From positions 1 to 30,884 of the forward strand of contig JAICQI010000001.1 of assembly GCA_025937955.1 (NCBI GenBank): DNA of 30,884 nucleotides. Reading direction: 5' to 3'. A program made the translations under genes and the position numbers. Positions 15,102 through 23,378 of the stretch are shown here, piece after piece (the stretch's first letter is position 1; the number at the start of each line of letters is the position of its first letter). This DNA comes from Pyrinomonadaceae bacterium. Lineage in GTDB: Bacteria > Acidobacteriota > Blastocatellia > Pyrinomonadales > Pyrinomonadaceae. Under the pieces are notes generated by a model. The model saw only the letters and a list, made by a program, of their open reading frames with translations, made no database searches and was not told the DNA's origin.

Positions 15102-16250
15102 ATGAGCACTGACCCAACATATCAAGCGGCTAACGCCGTGGCGCCAATAGTTGAGGCGCACTTCGCTCGACACATGGAGGAGGCGCGGAGGCTTGGTCAA
15201 GACGGATTGGCGCCGCAACCTGACGCGCGCTCGATCGCGGCGATCATCAACGCGACCTTCTGGGCCAGCTTCCGCCCGGAGGAAGGTCGCTTTCCCAAGA
15301 TCTCGCTCGCTTATCTGCCGCCGGAAGCGGCGAGGCAGCCGATGGTGTTCGAACATCCGCTTCCCTTGACCGCCGGAGTGCTTACCAAACTCGCACCCGC
15401 GGTGGAACGTCCTGAGATACATCTCGGCGTTTGGAATCACGGCGACGAGTTAAAGGTTTGGGGTACGACGCGAACCATTCCCAGTTTCTGTTTCGTGCTG
15501 GAGGACATCGAACCCGGATTGTTAGTCGTCAAGCACCGGAGGCTCGATGGATTTGGAAAGTACGCCAACGTTGCGGTGCTCAAAGGCGAGCAAGTCAAAG
15601 TCATCGACGAGAAGGGCACGAGCTTGCCAGACTGTCCATCACTGCTCAAAGCGTTGCTCGCATTCACAGCGGCTGCGACTAATGGACCACATCACTCTTT
15701 GAACATACTGGTCCAATTAAGCGCGTCGATGCGCGCGCAGGGACATGGCGGCACGCTGCTGGTCGTACCCGGCGGAGCCGAGGGCTGGCGCGATTCGATT
15801 GCGCAGCCGATTCTTTACTCGGTTACACCTTCGTTTGCAGCGCTCTCGGAGCTTTTGCGTAAGGAGACAGAGGAAAAAGATCGCCGGCAGTGGGAGAGCG
15901 CGGTGCGGCGTGTAGTGGACACTATCGGCGGGCTCACGGCGGTTGACGGCGCCACGGTTATCAACGATCGGTATGAAGTTTTGGCGTTTGGCGCGAAGAT
16001 CCGTCGACGTGACGGAGTTCCGCCTGTCGACAAGTGGATCATTACCGAGCCGATTGTCGGAAACCTGCCGGTGGTCGTCCATCCAACCGAGCACGGTGGC
16101 ACGAGGCATCTCTCCGCCGCGCAGTTTGTTCACGACCAGCGTGATGCTCTGGCGCTGGTAGCGTCGCAGGATGGACGCTTCACGGTGTTTGCGTGGTCGC
16201 CGTGCGAGGAGATGGTCCATGCGCACCGCGTTGAGTCGTTGTTGATGTAA
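15102..16250 (+). CDS. DAC (DisA_N-like diadenylate cyclase) domain protein with an uncharacterised N-terminal probable sensor domain
   Basis: C-terminal half has HGGTLLVV, AVDGATVI (DGA at 15945), GGTRHLSA (RHR-like at 16104) and LVASQDGRFTVF in DAC order. The N-terminal half (FWASFRPEEGRFP...LTKLAPAV) resembles DAC-associated sensor domains. No TM. ATG 15102 lies 5 nt after the VOC stop. Confidence 0.72.
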   Translation: MSTDPTYQAANAVAPIVEAHFARHMEEARRLGQDGLAPQPDARSIAAIINATFWASFRPEEGRFPKISLAYLPPEAARQPMVFEHPLPLTAGVLTKLAPAVERPEIHLGVWNHGDELKVWGTTRTIPSFCFVLEDIEPGLLVVKHRRLDGFGKYANVAVLKGEQVKVIDEKGTSLPDCPSLLKALLAFTAAATNGPHHSLNILVQLSASMRAQGHGGTLLVVPGGAEGWRDSIAQPILYSVTPSFAALSELLRKETEEKDRRQWESAVRRVVDTIGGLTAVDGATVINDRYEVLAFGAKIRRRDGVPPVDKWIITEPIVGNLPVVVHPTEHGGTRHLSAAQFVHDQRDALALVASQDGRFTVFAWSPCEEMVHAHRVESLLM

Positions 16251-16281
16251 ACAAAACAGTGGGCGGGTAAGTCGAGAAAGT

Positions 16282-16365
16282 AAAAATAGAACAAGTCAGG
16301 AAGAGGGCTTGCCCCGCTCTCCCAACAGCGGGGGCAAGCCCCTCTTCCTGACTTGTTCTATTTTT
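16282..16365. terminator. Long inverted repeat (REP-doublet-like), probable bidirectional terminator
   Basis: 37/39-nt arms AAAAATAGAACAAGTCAGGAAGAGGGCTTGCCCCGCT and its complement, differing by two 1-nt indels, with an 8-nt loop. A5 and T5 flanks. Lies between convergent genes. Confidence 0.8.
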
Positions 16366-16396
16366 GCTAGCTTGATTTCTCTGGAGTTCTAATTGA

Positions 16397-18097
16397 TTAA
16401 GGTGTGAAGCTGCGGCGGAAGATGATGCCGGAAAAGTTCAAGCGCATCGCGCGCCCATCGACGATTGACTCAAAACTGATCCAATCGGGCGCCGCCGGAT
16501 CTCCAATTCCGAACTTGCCATCACCGCGTGGCACGAGCGGCTGGACACCGTCAATGAAGAGCTGGCCCTTGCGCAACACAACGCGCGTGTCGCCGTACCA
16601 CGGACTGTCGTTGTGGTAGTGCCCAACAAACGCGTCCCATTCTTTCTTCGTTTCAAACGTCTTCGGACCGTTATACTTCGCGCCCATATACCAGTTGGCG
16701 CCATGAAAAGCCTGCGTCACCTGTTGATTCTCCCGCGCAAATCCGAGCACAAAGGCGTCGAAGTCCGGGTGCTTTACGATAAACCGATCCGGGCCAATAC
16801 GATCGAGTACAACTCTGCGATTCGCATGCACGAGCACAAGTTTACTGCCTTCAGCAGCGAACTCGAGCTTTTTGCCGTCGAGTGAAGTGTAGGTTCCTAC
16901 GTAATCGCCGGCGTTCTTCACTTCATCGGGAGCAGGTGGAGGCGCCGGTGGATCGGGAAGCGGCTTCCCTGCTAACGACGCGTTAAAAAGCTCGATCGCA
17001 TACTTCGTTACTGCAACCGGTCGATAACCACGAAGGTTCGCGTTAACAGACGCAAACGCGCCGATGCCTCCAGTTACATCCACGTCGATCGAAGAACTGA
17101 AAGCGACCATCCCACCCGTATGACGCAAACGCATGTGCCCGCCGACGTCGCTCACCCAAATGCCGTAACCATACGAAGCCGGTTCGCCGCGATACGGAGA
17201 GTTGATCGCAGGCTTTGTGAAGAGTGCAAAAGCTTCTTCTGAAAGCAGGCGGCCTTTGGGCAAGGCGCCACGATTCAGCAGCATGCGAATGTATTTCGCC
17301 ATGTCTGACGGTGTCGAAGCGATGCTGCCGGCAGCGATATCTACTTCGATCCATTGTGCTTCAGCCAGTGGACCACCAACTGAAAATGGCTTTCCTTCTG
17401 CGAGTGGCTCGTAGCCGATTGCCATCTGTTTGCGCAAGTCATTGGTAATGATCGGTGAGCTCGCTGTCATTCCCAGTGGCACGAGCATGCGTGCGCGCAT
17501 CGATTCCGCGAAGGAGCGTTTATCGACAGCTTCAATCAGGAAACCAAGAATGTTGTAACCAGTGTTTGAGTAAAGGAAACGTTTGCCGGGTTCGTAAGCA
17601 GTCCACAACTCACTGAGCAGCGCGTCCAGCAGCAAGGGCGCGCCTGGCAGTCCACCCGTATGACTGAGAATGTGATGAGTTGTGATTGCTTCAAACTTGG
17701 AATTGATCTTCAACCATGGCAGGTATTCGACGATCGGTTTGTTGAAATCGAGTTTGCCTTCATCGCGGAGTTGCAACAGCACCAGACCGACAAACGACTT
17801 CGAGACCGAGCCGATCTCAAACATCGTTTCCGGCGCAACGCGCACACCCGCCTTCGTGTCGGCATAGCCGTAAGTTGACGTCCTGATGAGACCGTCGCGA
17901 TTGGCGAGCGCGAGTGTCATGCCCGGCGCGCCTGTCTCGCGCATGTGGCGCACGATGAATTCATCGAGCCGCGCGAACGCCGGTTGCACAGCGGCCGCCT
18001 GCGCCAACGTGTTCGCCGGCACAACTGATCGCAGGAGAGTCACAGCTACCGCGGACTTCGCAGTGCCGGAAAGAAATTTTCGACGTGAAAAATTCAT
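16397..18097 (-). CDS. Tat-exported serine hydrolase, beta-lactamase class C/PBP-like family
   Basis: Twin-arginine signal SRRKFL, FEIGSVSK (SxxK), FLYSNTGY (YxN), HTGG, plus a C-terminal extension. Confidence 0.9.
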   Translation of the reverse strand: MNFSRRKFLSGTAKSAVAVTLLRSVVPANTLAQAAAVQPAFARLDEFIVRHMRETGAPGMTLALANRDGLIRTSTYGYADTKAGVRVAPETMFEIGSVSKSFVGLVLLQLRDEGKLDFNKPIVEYLPWLKINSKFEAITTHHILSHTGGLPGAPLLLDALLSELWTAYEPGKRFLYSNTGYNILGFLIEAVDKRSFAESMRARMLVPLGMTASSPIITNDLRKQMAIGYEPLAEGKPFSVGGPLAEAQWIEVDIAAGSIASTPSDMAKYIRMLLNRGALPKGRLLSEEAFALFTKPAINSPYRGEPASYGYGIWVSDVGGHMRLRHTGGMVAFSSSIDVDVTGGIGAFASVNANLRGYRPVAVTKYAIELFNASLAGKPLPDPPAPPPAPDEVKNAGDYVGTYTSLDGKKLEFAAEGSKLVLVHANRRVVLDRIGPDRFIVKHPDFDAFVLGFARENQQVTQAFHGANWYMGAKYNGPKTFETKKEWDAFVGHYHNDSPWYGDTRVVLRKGQLFIDGVQPLVPRGDGKFGIGDPAAPDWISFESIVDGRAMRLNFSGIIFRRSFTP

Positions 18098-18105
18098 AGT
18101 CCTCT

Positions 18106-20505
18106 TTAATTCAATCCAAGATTTTTCGACAACTCTACAAACCGCGCTTCCGAACGAAGGTTCTTAAAAACCGGATCAATTTTGATGAAAGGCAACCAGT
18201 TAAAGCGTTCCTGCCGCGACTTCTCGAGCCAGTCGAGCGCGAGCTGGCGCTCGTCGAGCCCGGCATAGACCACGGCCGTTTGAAAAGGCGAAACATACTG
18301 CTGCTTCGAAAGCTCCTGAAGCCTCGCGATCACCTTCTCCGCATCGGCTCGCTTCCCCGCGAGTCCTTGCGCGTGGCCCAACGCGGTCAGCCCCGCAACA
18401 TTGTCGGGCACATACTTTAACCCAAGCCGAAATTCCGCAATAGCCTCGTCCACCTTGCCTTCTTCTTCAAGAACAAGTCCCAACTCGTAGTGAGCGCGCG
18501 TGAATTTTGCGTCCATTTCGCGAAGCTTCAGCGCCTCTTTGCGCGCCTCCTCAAGCTTGCCGGCCCAGTAAAGAGTGCGAATATAGTCGCTGTAGATTGT
18601 TAACGAGAACGGCTCGAGATCATGCGCGGTTTTGGCCTGGACAACCGCTTCGTCCAACCTTCCCACGGCTGCGAGATAGCTGCCGTACCACTGGTGTGCG
18701 GTGGCGTAGTTTGGATTGAGCGCGATCGCTTTTTTGAAATGCTCTTCTGCTTCGGCCCACTTCAGATGATAACGATAGGTGACGAAGCCGAGTGACGTGT
18801 GCGCCTCAGCCAAACTCTCGTTGATCGAGAGCGCCTTGCGCGACGCGGCTTCAGCTTTTGGGTACGAATCTTCGGCGGAAGTCACGTTGTACACGTTCAG
18901 CAACAAGTAACAATCAGCCAGTCCCGCGTAAGCGAGTCCGTAGTCCTGGTCGCGCATGATGGCCTGGCCGAAAAAATCGATACCACTCTTCAGACCTTCG
19001 ACCGTTCGCTTGTTCCAGTTATAACGTCCTTGCAGGTACAGGCGATAAGCTTCCGAATCCGGCGAATAGTTTCGCGTCAACTGCGCATGGTCCATGTTGT
19101 CCGCGCGCGAACGCAATCGCTCCGAGACGTCGCGGGAGATCTGTTGTGGCAACGCCACTACTTCCGAAACTTTGCGCCCGTACCGCTCGCCCCAGATATG
19201 ACTGTCGTCGCGCACGTCGATGAGCTCGACACTCACCAAGAGATCGTCGCCGGTCTGGACCACACTGCCGGACAACAACGCGTGCACGCCGAGCTCCCGG
19301 CCAATCTTTTTCGGATCGCTCGTGCGTCCTTTGTAATGAAAGACCGTACTACTGGACTTCACTCTGAGGTTTGGCATTCTGGAAAGACTGTCGATCAAAC
19401 TCTCGGTTATGCCGTCGGAAAGATATTCGGTGTCCGGATCGCTGTTGGTGAACGGTAACACGGCCAGCGAGTTGATCGTGGCATCAGGTTCAGCGGGACG
19501 ATCGGGCCGAAAGGCGATAAACGAGAGGGCGAGGATCAGCACTGCTGCCGCGGCGATTGCGGTGATCTTGCGTGGCGTGGTCCAGAAAGGTTTGGCCCTG
19601 GCGATTGGGACGGCGCTGAGGGGAGTGTCAGTTAACGTGCTGCCAAGGCTGTTGTCGTCGTCTACGTCGCGCTGCACTTCCTGAAGATCGCTGCGCATGT
19701 CTTCAATGCGCTGGTAACGATCGTCAGGTAGTTTGGCGAGCGCCTTGTCGAGGATCTCCTGGATGCGACGCAGCACGGGCGAGTCTTCGCCTCGTGCTTC
19801 AACGATCGGCTTCGGCTGGTGATAGACCACCGCATAACGCACGTCTAACGACGTCTTGCCTCGGAACGGCCACGTGCCCGCGAGCATTTCGTAAAGCAGG
19901 ACGCCAGTGGAGAAGATGTCGGCGCGATGATCGGCTTTGAGTCCCTGGGCCTGTTCCGGCGCCGCGTACGTTGAAGTTCCATACGGCACGCCGACTTCCG
20001 TGAGTTGCGGATCGATCGAGGCTGTGTGTGGGCTCTCGATTAACTTCGCGAGGCCAAAGTCGAGAACCTTCACAGTTCCTGAACGCGTCACCATCACGTT
20101 TCGCGCTTTGATGTCGCGATGCACGATGCCACGACTGTGTGCTGCTGCGAGAGCGTCAGTCACTTGAATCGTGATCGAGAGCGCGCGTCGCAGGTCGAGT
20201 GGCTGTCCGCCGACGAGCTGCCGCACGTTGCGGCCCTCAACGTACTGCATCGCAATAAACTGGACGTCGTCGACTTTGTGCAGACCGAAGATAGTGCAGA
20301 TGTTCGGGTGGTCGAGCGATGAGGCGAGCTTGGCTTCACGCTCGAAACGCTTCAGGTTTGAGACGCTGTCAGTAAGATCCGGAGGCAGGACCTTAATCAC
20401 TGCGGGCCGATCGAGCGTGGTATCGATGACTTTGTAAACAGTACCCTGTCCACCCTCACCGATTTTTTCGACCACGCGATAATGGAGGAGGAGTTGCCCG
20501 ATCAT
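18106..20505 (-). CDS. Membrane Ser/Thr protein kinase with TolB-N-like and TPR domains
   Basis: GEGGQG, AVIK, HRDIKARN, DFG, GTSTYAAPE, DIFSTG. A TM helix, SLAVLPF...YLSDGITESLI (TolB-like) and TPRs follow. Lies 8 nt upstream of the serine hydrolase. Confidence 0.92.
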   Translation of the reverse strand: MIGQLLLHYRVVEKIGEGGQGTVYKVIDTTLDRPAVIKVLPPDLTDSVSNLKRFEREAKLASSLDHPNICTIFGLHKVDDVQFIAMQYVEGRNVRQLVGGQPLDLRRALSITIQVTDALAAAHSRGIVHRDIKARNVMVTRSGTVKVLDFGLAKLIESPHTASIDPQLTEVGVPYGTSTYAAPEQAQGLKADHRADIFSTGVLLYEMLAGTWPFRGKTSLDVRYAVVYHQPKPIVEARGEDSPVLRRIQEILDKALAKLPDDRYQRIEDMRSDLQEVQRDVDDDNSLGSTLTDTPLSAVPIARAKPFWTTPRKITAIAAAAVLILALSFIAFRPDRPAEPDATINSLAVLPFTNSDPDTEYLSDGITESLIDSLSRMPNLRVKSSSTVFHYKGRTSDPKKIGRELGVHALLSGSVVQTGDDLLVSVELIDVRDDSHIWGERYGRKVSEVVALPQQISRDVSERLRSRADNMDHAQLTRNYSPDSEAYRLYLQGRYNWNKRTVEGLKSGIDFFGQAIMRDQDYGLAYAGLADCYLLLNVYNVTSAEDSYPKAEAASRKALSINESLAEAHTSLGFVTYRYHLKWAEAEEHFKKAIALNPNYATAHQWYGSYLAAVGRLDEAVVQAKTAHDLEPFSLTIYSDYIRTLYWAGKLEEARKEALKLREMDAKFTRAHYELGLVLEEEGKVDEAIAEFRLGLKYVPDNVAGLTALGHAQGLAGKRADAEKVIARLQELSKQQYVSPFQTAVVYAGLDERQLALDWLEKSRQERFNWLPFIKIDPVFKNLRSEARFVELSKNLGLN

Positions 20506-20509
20506 AGGT

Positions 20510-20567
20510 GACAGGGGATTCTGGACAGGATTCGCAGAATTTACAAGACCCTCTTGCTAGTCCTGTT
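20510..20567. repeat. Degenerate ACAGGAT-variant of the class A palindrome
   Basis: Units ACAGGGGATT, ACAGGATT, GCAGAATT and ACAAGA at 9-14 nt spacing. ACAGGA (20525-20530) pairs with TCCTGT (20561-20566), with an inner CAAGA/TCTTG pair. Confidence 0.45.
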
Positions 20568-20576
20568 GCCTCAATT

Positions 20577-20652
20577 GGGGGCCTCCCTGGAGTGCGGTGC
20601 CTTGGCACCGTACCAAAGCGGCGTCAAGCCGCCGCACTCCAGGGAGGCGCCC
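20577..20652. repeat. Class C GGAG-tagged REP doublet (REPIN/BIME-like)
   Basis: Perfect 17-bp outer arms GCCTCCCTGGAGTGCGG / CCGCACTCCAGGGAGGC enclose two inverted units, GGAGT-GCGGTGCC-TT-GGCACCGT and GGAGT-GCGGCG-GCTTGA-CGCCGC. Confidence 0.75.
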
Positions 20653-20654
20653 GG

Positions 20655-20663
20655 TGTTAGAAT
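20655..20663 (+). promoter_or_regulatory. Extended -10 element implying a leaderless transcript of the BNR gene
   Basis: TG-T-TAGAAT, then 6 nt, then ATG 20670. No SD at a usable spacing. Confidence 0.5.
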
Positions 20664-20669
20664 GCTCGA

Positions 20670-21677
20670 ATGAAACTTGCACTGGCAATGATAGTGATCA
20701 TGATGGCCGCGCCGCGGTGGACCATGCAGACCAGTGGCGTTACAGTGCGTCTGCGGGGCGTGAGCGCTGTTAGCGAGCGAGTGGCGTGGGCCAGTGGCGC
20801 GGATTCCACTGTGCTGCGTACTGTTGACGGTGGGACGACGTGGCAAAAGCTCACGGTTACCAGCGATGTTCTCGATTTCCGCGACGTGGACGCTGTCGAT
20901 GCTCAAACCGCTTACCTGTTGAGCATTGGTAAGGGCCCCGCCTCCCGGATCTACAAAACCACTGACGCCGGAATAACCTGGACCCAGCAGTTCAAGAACG
21001 AAGACCCCAAAGTCTTTCTTGATGCGATGTCTTTCTGGGACGCCAACAACGGCATCGCGTTCGGCGATTCTGTCAATGGACAGTTCTACATCCTCACAAC
21101 TGCCGACGGTGGTCGCAGTTGGTCGCGCGTTCCACAAAGCGCTTTACCGCCGGCGCTCGAAAACGAAGGAGCGTTTGCCGCCAGCGGCACTAACATCGCC
21201 GTGTTTGGAAAGTCTCACGCGTGGATCGGAACCGGCGCCGCCGCTAAATCGCGCGTCTTGCGCACCTCCGATCGCGGCCGCACCTGGCAGATCACAGACA
21301 CACCGCTCGCCTCAGGCGCGTTAGCAGGAATCTTCTCCATCGCCTTTCGCGACGCAAAACACGGCATCGTCGCAGGTGGCGACTACCGAAAGGAACAGGA
21401 AGCAATCGACAATCTCGCGGTGACCAGCGACGGCGGAGTTACGTGGACACTGGTGAAAGGTTTGTCAGGCTTTCGATCAGTGGTGGCTTATATGCCCGGC
21501 ACGAAGACGTTGATCGCTCTTGGTCCAAGCGGCGGCGACTACTCCGTCGACGATGGACGCACGTGGGCCGCCTTCGAGGGTCCGGGTTTTGACACGTTTA
21601 GTTTCGTTCCTGGTAAACAGACCGGATGGGGAGCCGGCGCGAAAGGCGTCATCGGCCGGCTCGCGATGGAAAAGTAA
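20670..21677 (+). CDS. Secreted BNR/Asp-box beta-propeller protein (WD40/YVTN/BNR-like, Ycf48-like)
   Basis: Short signal peptide and six Asp-boxes: TVDGGTTW, TTDAGITW, TADGGRSW, TSDRGRTW, TSDGGVTW, SVDDGRTW. Confidence 0.82.
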   Translation: MKLALAMIVIMMAAPRWTMQTSGVTVRLRGVSAVSERVAWASGADSTVLRTVDGGTTWQKLTVTSDVLDFRDVDAVDAQTAYLLSIGKGPASRIYKTTDAGITWTQQFKNEDPKVFLDAMSFWDANNGIAFGDSVNGQFYILTTADGGRSWSRVPQSALPPALENEGAFAASGTNIAVFGKSHAWIGTGAAAKSRVLRTSDRGRTWQITDTPLASGALAGIFSIAFRDAKHGIVAGGDYRKEQEAIDNLAVTSDGGVTWTLVKGLSGFRSVVAYMPGTKTLIALGPSGGDYSVDDGRTWAAFEGPGFDTFSFVPGKQTGWGAGAKGVIGRLAMEK

Positions 21678-21680
21678 AAC

Positions 21681-22730
21681 TTAGCGCGCCTCGGTACTCT
21701 TCGCCACTACCTTTATCTGTTTTTTGATCGTCTCATCGAGGGCCGCGGAGCGCTGCCAGCTCAGGCCCACGCTCGAAAAGCGCACGACCCCTTCGTGGTC
21801 AATCACGATGTAAGTGGGAAACGCGCGTATGCCAAACGCTCGCTGTATGCGTCGATCGTGATCGCGATACTGCGGCCAGATCATCTTGTTCTTCGCGGTA
21901 AAATCTTTCCACTCCGCTTCATCGCCGTCAGAGCTGATGCCGATTAGTACAAAAGGAGCGCCGTCTTTCGAGTGGCGCTTGTGCAGGCTGCGTAGCTCTG
22001 GTACCGACTCGACGCACGGCGGGCACCACGTTCCCCAAAAATCCAGCAGCACTACCTTGCCACGCAGATCATCGAGCGCTATGTGCTCGCCTTCCGACGA
22101 AGTGAAGGAAAAGTCAGGCGCAAAATTCTCGCGAGCACGACGTGGATTCTCAACCATCTTCCGCGCCATCTCGATGTACGGGCCGCGGGGCGCCAGCTTG
22201 ATGTATTCCTTGAGTTCTACCAAACCTTCGTCATCCCGATTCAACTGGAGCAACGTCACGCCCAGGTTGTAATGAATGATTGGCATCGCGCCTTCGAGTG
22301 CCAATGCCTGCCTGAATACGGCTTCCGATGCCTGCAGCTTCTTCTGGTCTTTTCTCTCCGCCGACGCCTGTAACGCGAGGCCCTTGTTGTTGTACGCCCC
22401 CAACACAAGCTGCTGGTCGCCGTTGGCAAACTCGATGACTTTGTCGGCAGACTCAATGGCATTCTTGTAGGCCTCGAGCGCCCGGTACGTTTCCGTCAGC
22501 CAGGCATAACACTCGGCACACTTCTTCTCGCGCATTTCATTCGCGCGTTTGAAACTCTTCAGCGCGTCGTCGTAACGTCCGCGCCGGAAGAGATCTTTGC
22601 CCTTCAAAATCTCTTCTTCGTAATCCTGCTCCTGGGCGGCGACGGTCCACTGGGGCCGTGAGTAGGGCAATGAGATCAAAAGCCCGATTGTCAGAAGAAG
22701 CACGATGTAGATCAGTTGGCGAGTCAACAT
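21681..22730 (-). CDS. Exported TPR-repeat plus TlpA/redoxin thiol-disulfide oxidoreductase
   Basis: Signal/TM segment, TPRs (AYNNKGLAL, IHYNLGVTL), APDFSF, LLDFWGTWCPPC, FPTYIVID. Start set at ATG 22730 with a GGAGG RBS 8 nt upstream. Confidence 0.85.
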   Translation of the reverse strand: MLTRQLIYIVLLLTIGLLISLPYSRPQWTVAAQEQDYEEEILKGKDLFRRGRYDDALKSFKRANEMREKKCAECYAWLTETYRALEAYKNAIESADKVIEFANGDQQLVLGAYNNKGLALQASAERKDQKKLQASEAVFRQALALEGAMPIIHYNLGVTLLQLNRDDEGLVELKEYIKLAPRGPYIEMARKMVENPRRARENFAPDFSFTSSEGEHIALDDLRGKVVLLDFWGTWCPPCVESVPELRSLHKRHSKDGAPFVLIGISSDGDEAEWKDFTAKNKMIWPQYRDHDRRIQRAFGIRAFPTYIVIDHEGVVRFSSVGLSWQRSAALDETIKKQIKVVAKSTEAR

Positions 22731-22765
22731 AGTCGGGTCCTCCGTGAGACGGGCCATAATATCAC

Positions 22766-22787
22766 CAGATTTCTATCTGCGTAATCC
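22766..22787. repeat. Degenerate class A remnant in the divergent TlpA/ychJ gap
   Basis: CAGAT-TTCT-ATCTG followed by CGTAATCC. Confidence 0.35.
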
Positions 22788-22811
22788 ATAAAAACTGTGT
22801 AAGCTGGGGTC

Positions 22812-23312
22812 ATGTCTGAAAATAATCAAACCTGCCCGTGCGGTTCCGGTGCTCCTTTTGCCACTTGCTGCGAGCCGATCATCAATAGCACTCGCGAAGC
22901 CGAGACGGCGGAGGAACTAATGCGCGCCCGGTACTCGGCTTTCGTTACCGGCGCCATCGATTTCATCGTAGCCTCAACTCATTCGAGAACCCGAAAAGAG
23001 ATCGACATGTCGTTTATTCGCGAGTGGTCGCAAACGTCCACCTGGCGAGGCCTGCAAATCTTCGAGACCAAGGTCGTTGATGACGACAAGGCTTTCATTT
23101 CTTTTGAAGCGCAATACACGCAGAACGGGCAGGACCAGAACCACCGCGAGAAGAGTCTGTTTGAACGCGAAGACGGGCAATGGCGGTTTGTCACTGGTGA
23201 CGAGTTGAAGAATCCGACGGTGAGGTATGAGACGCCACGGCCAGGCCGCAACGATCCTTGTCCGTGTGGGTCGGGGAAGAAGTACAAGAAGTGCCACGGC
23301 GCCCAGAGTTAG
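22812..23312 (+). CDS. ychJ: YchJ family protein with N- and C-terminal SEC-C metal-binding motifs
   Basis: CPCGSG...[49 protein letters not shown]. Confidence 0.88.
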   Translation: MSENNQTCPCGSGAPFATCCEPIINSTREAETAEELMRARYSAFVTGAIDFIVASTHSRTRKEIDMSFIREWSQTSTWRGLQIFETKVVDDDKAFISFEAQYTQNGQDQNHREKSLFEREDGQWRFVTGDELKNPTVRYETPRPGRNDPCPCGSGKKYKKCHGAQS

Positions 23313-23378
23313 GGGGTGCGCTTGACGAGAAATTGTATGATCTAAGTACCCCAGACAATTAACAATCAGGAGATACAA

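Noticed and set aside
18106-20505. Calling the kinase a tyrosine kinase
   Set aside because: It retains Lys at D+2 and the GT-x-x-Y-x-x-PE loop typical of Ser/Thr kinases. Only the ARN part is Tyr-kinase-like.
20571-21137. ORF 20571..21137 (-), 188 aa
   Set aside because: Antisense to the BNR gene, and its tail (LECGGLTPLW...APHS) is simply the translated REP doublet.
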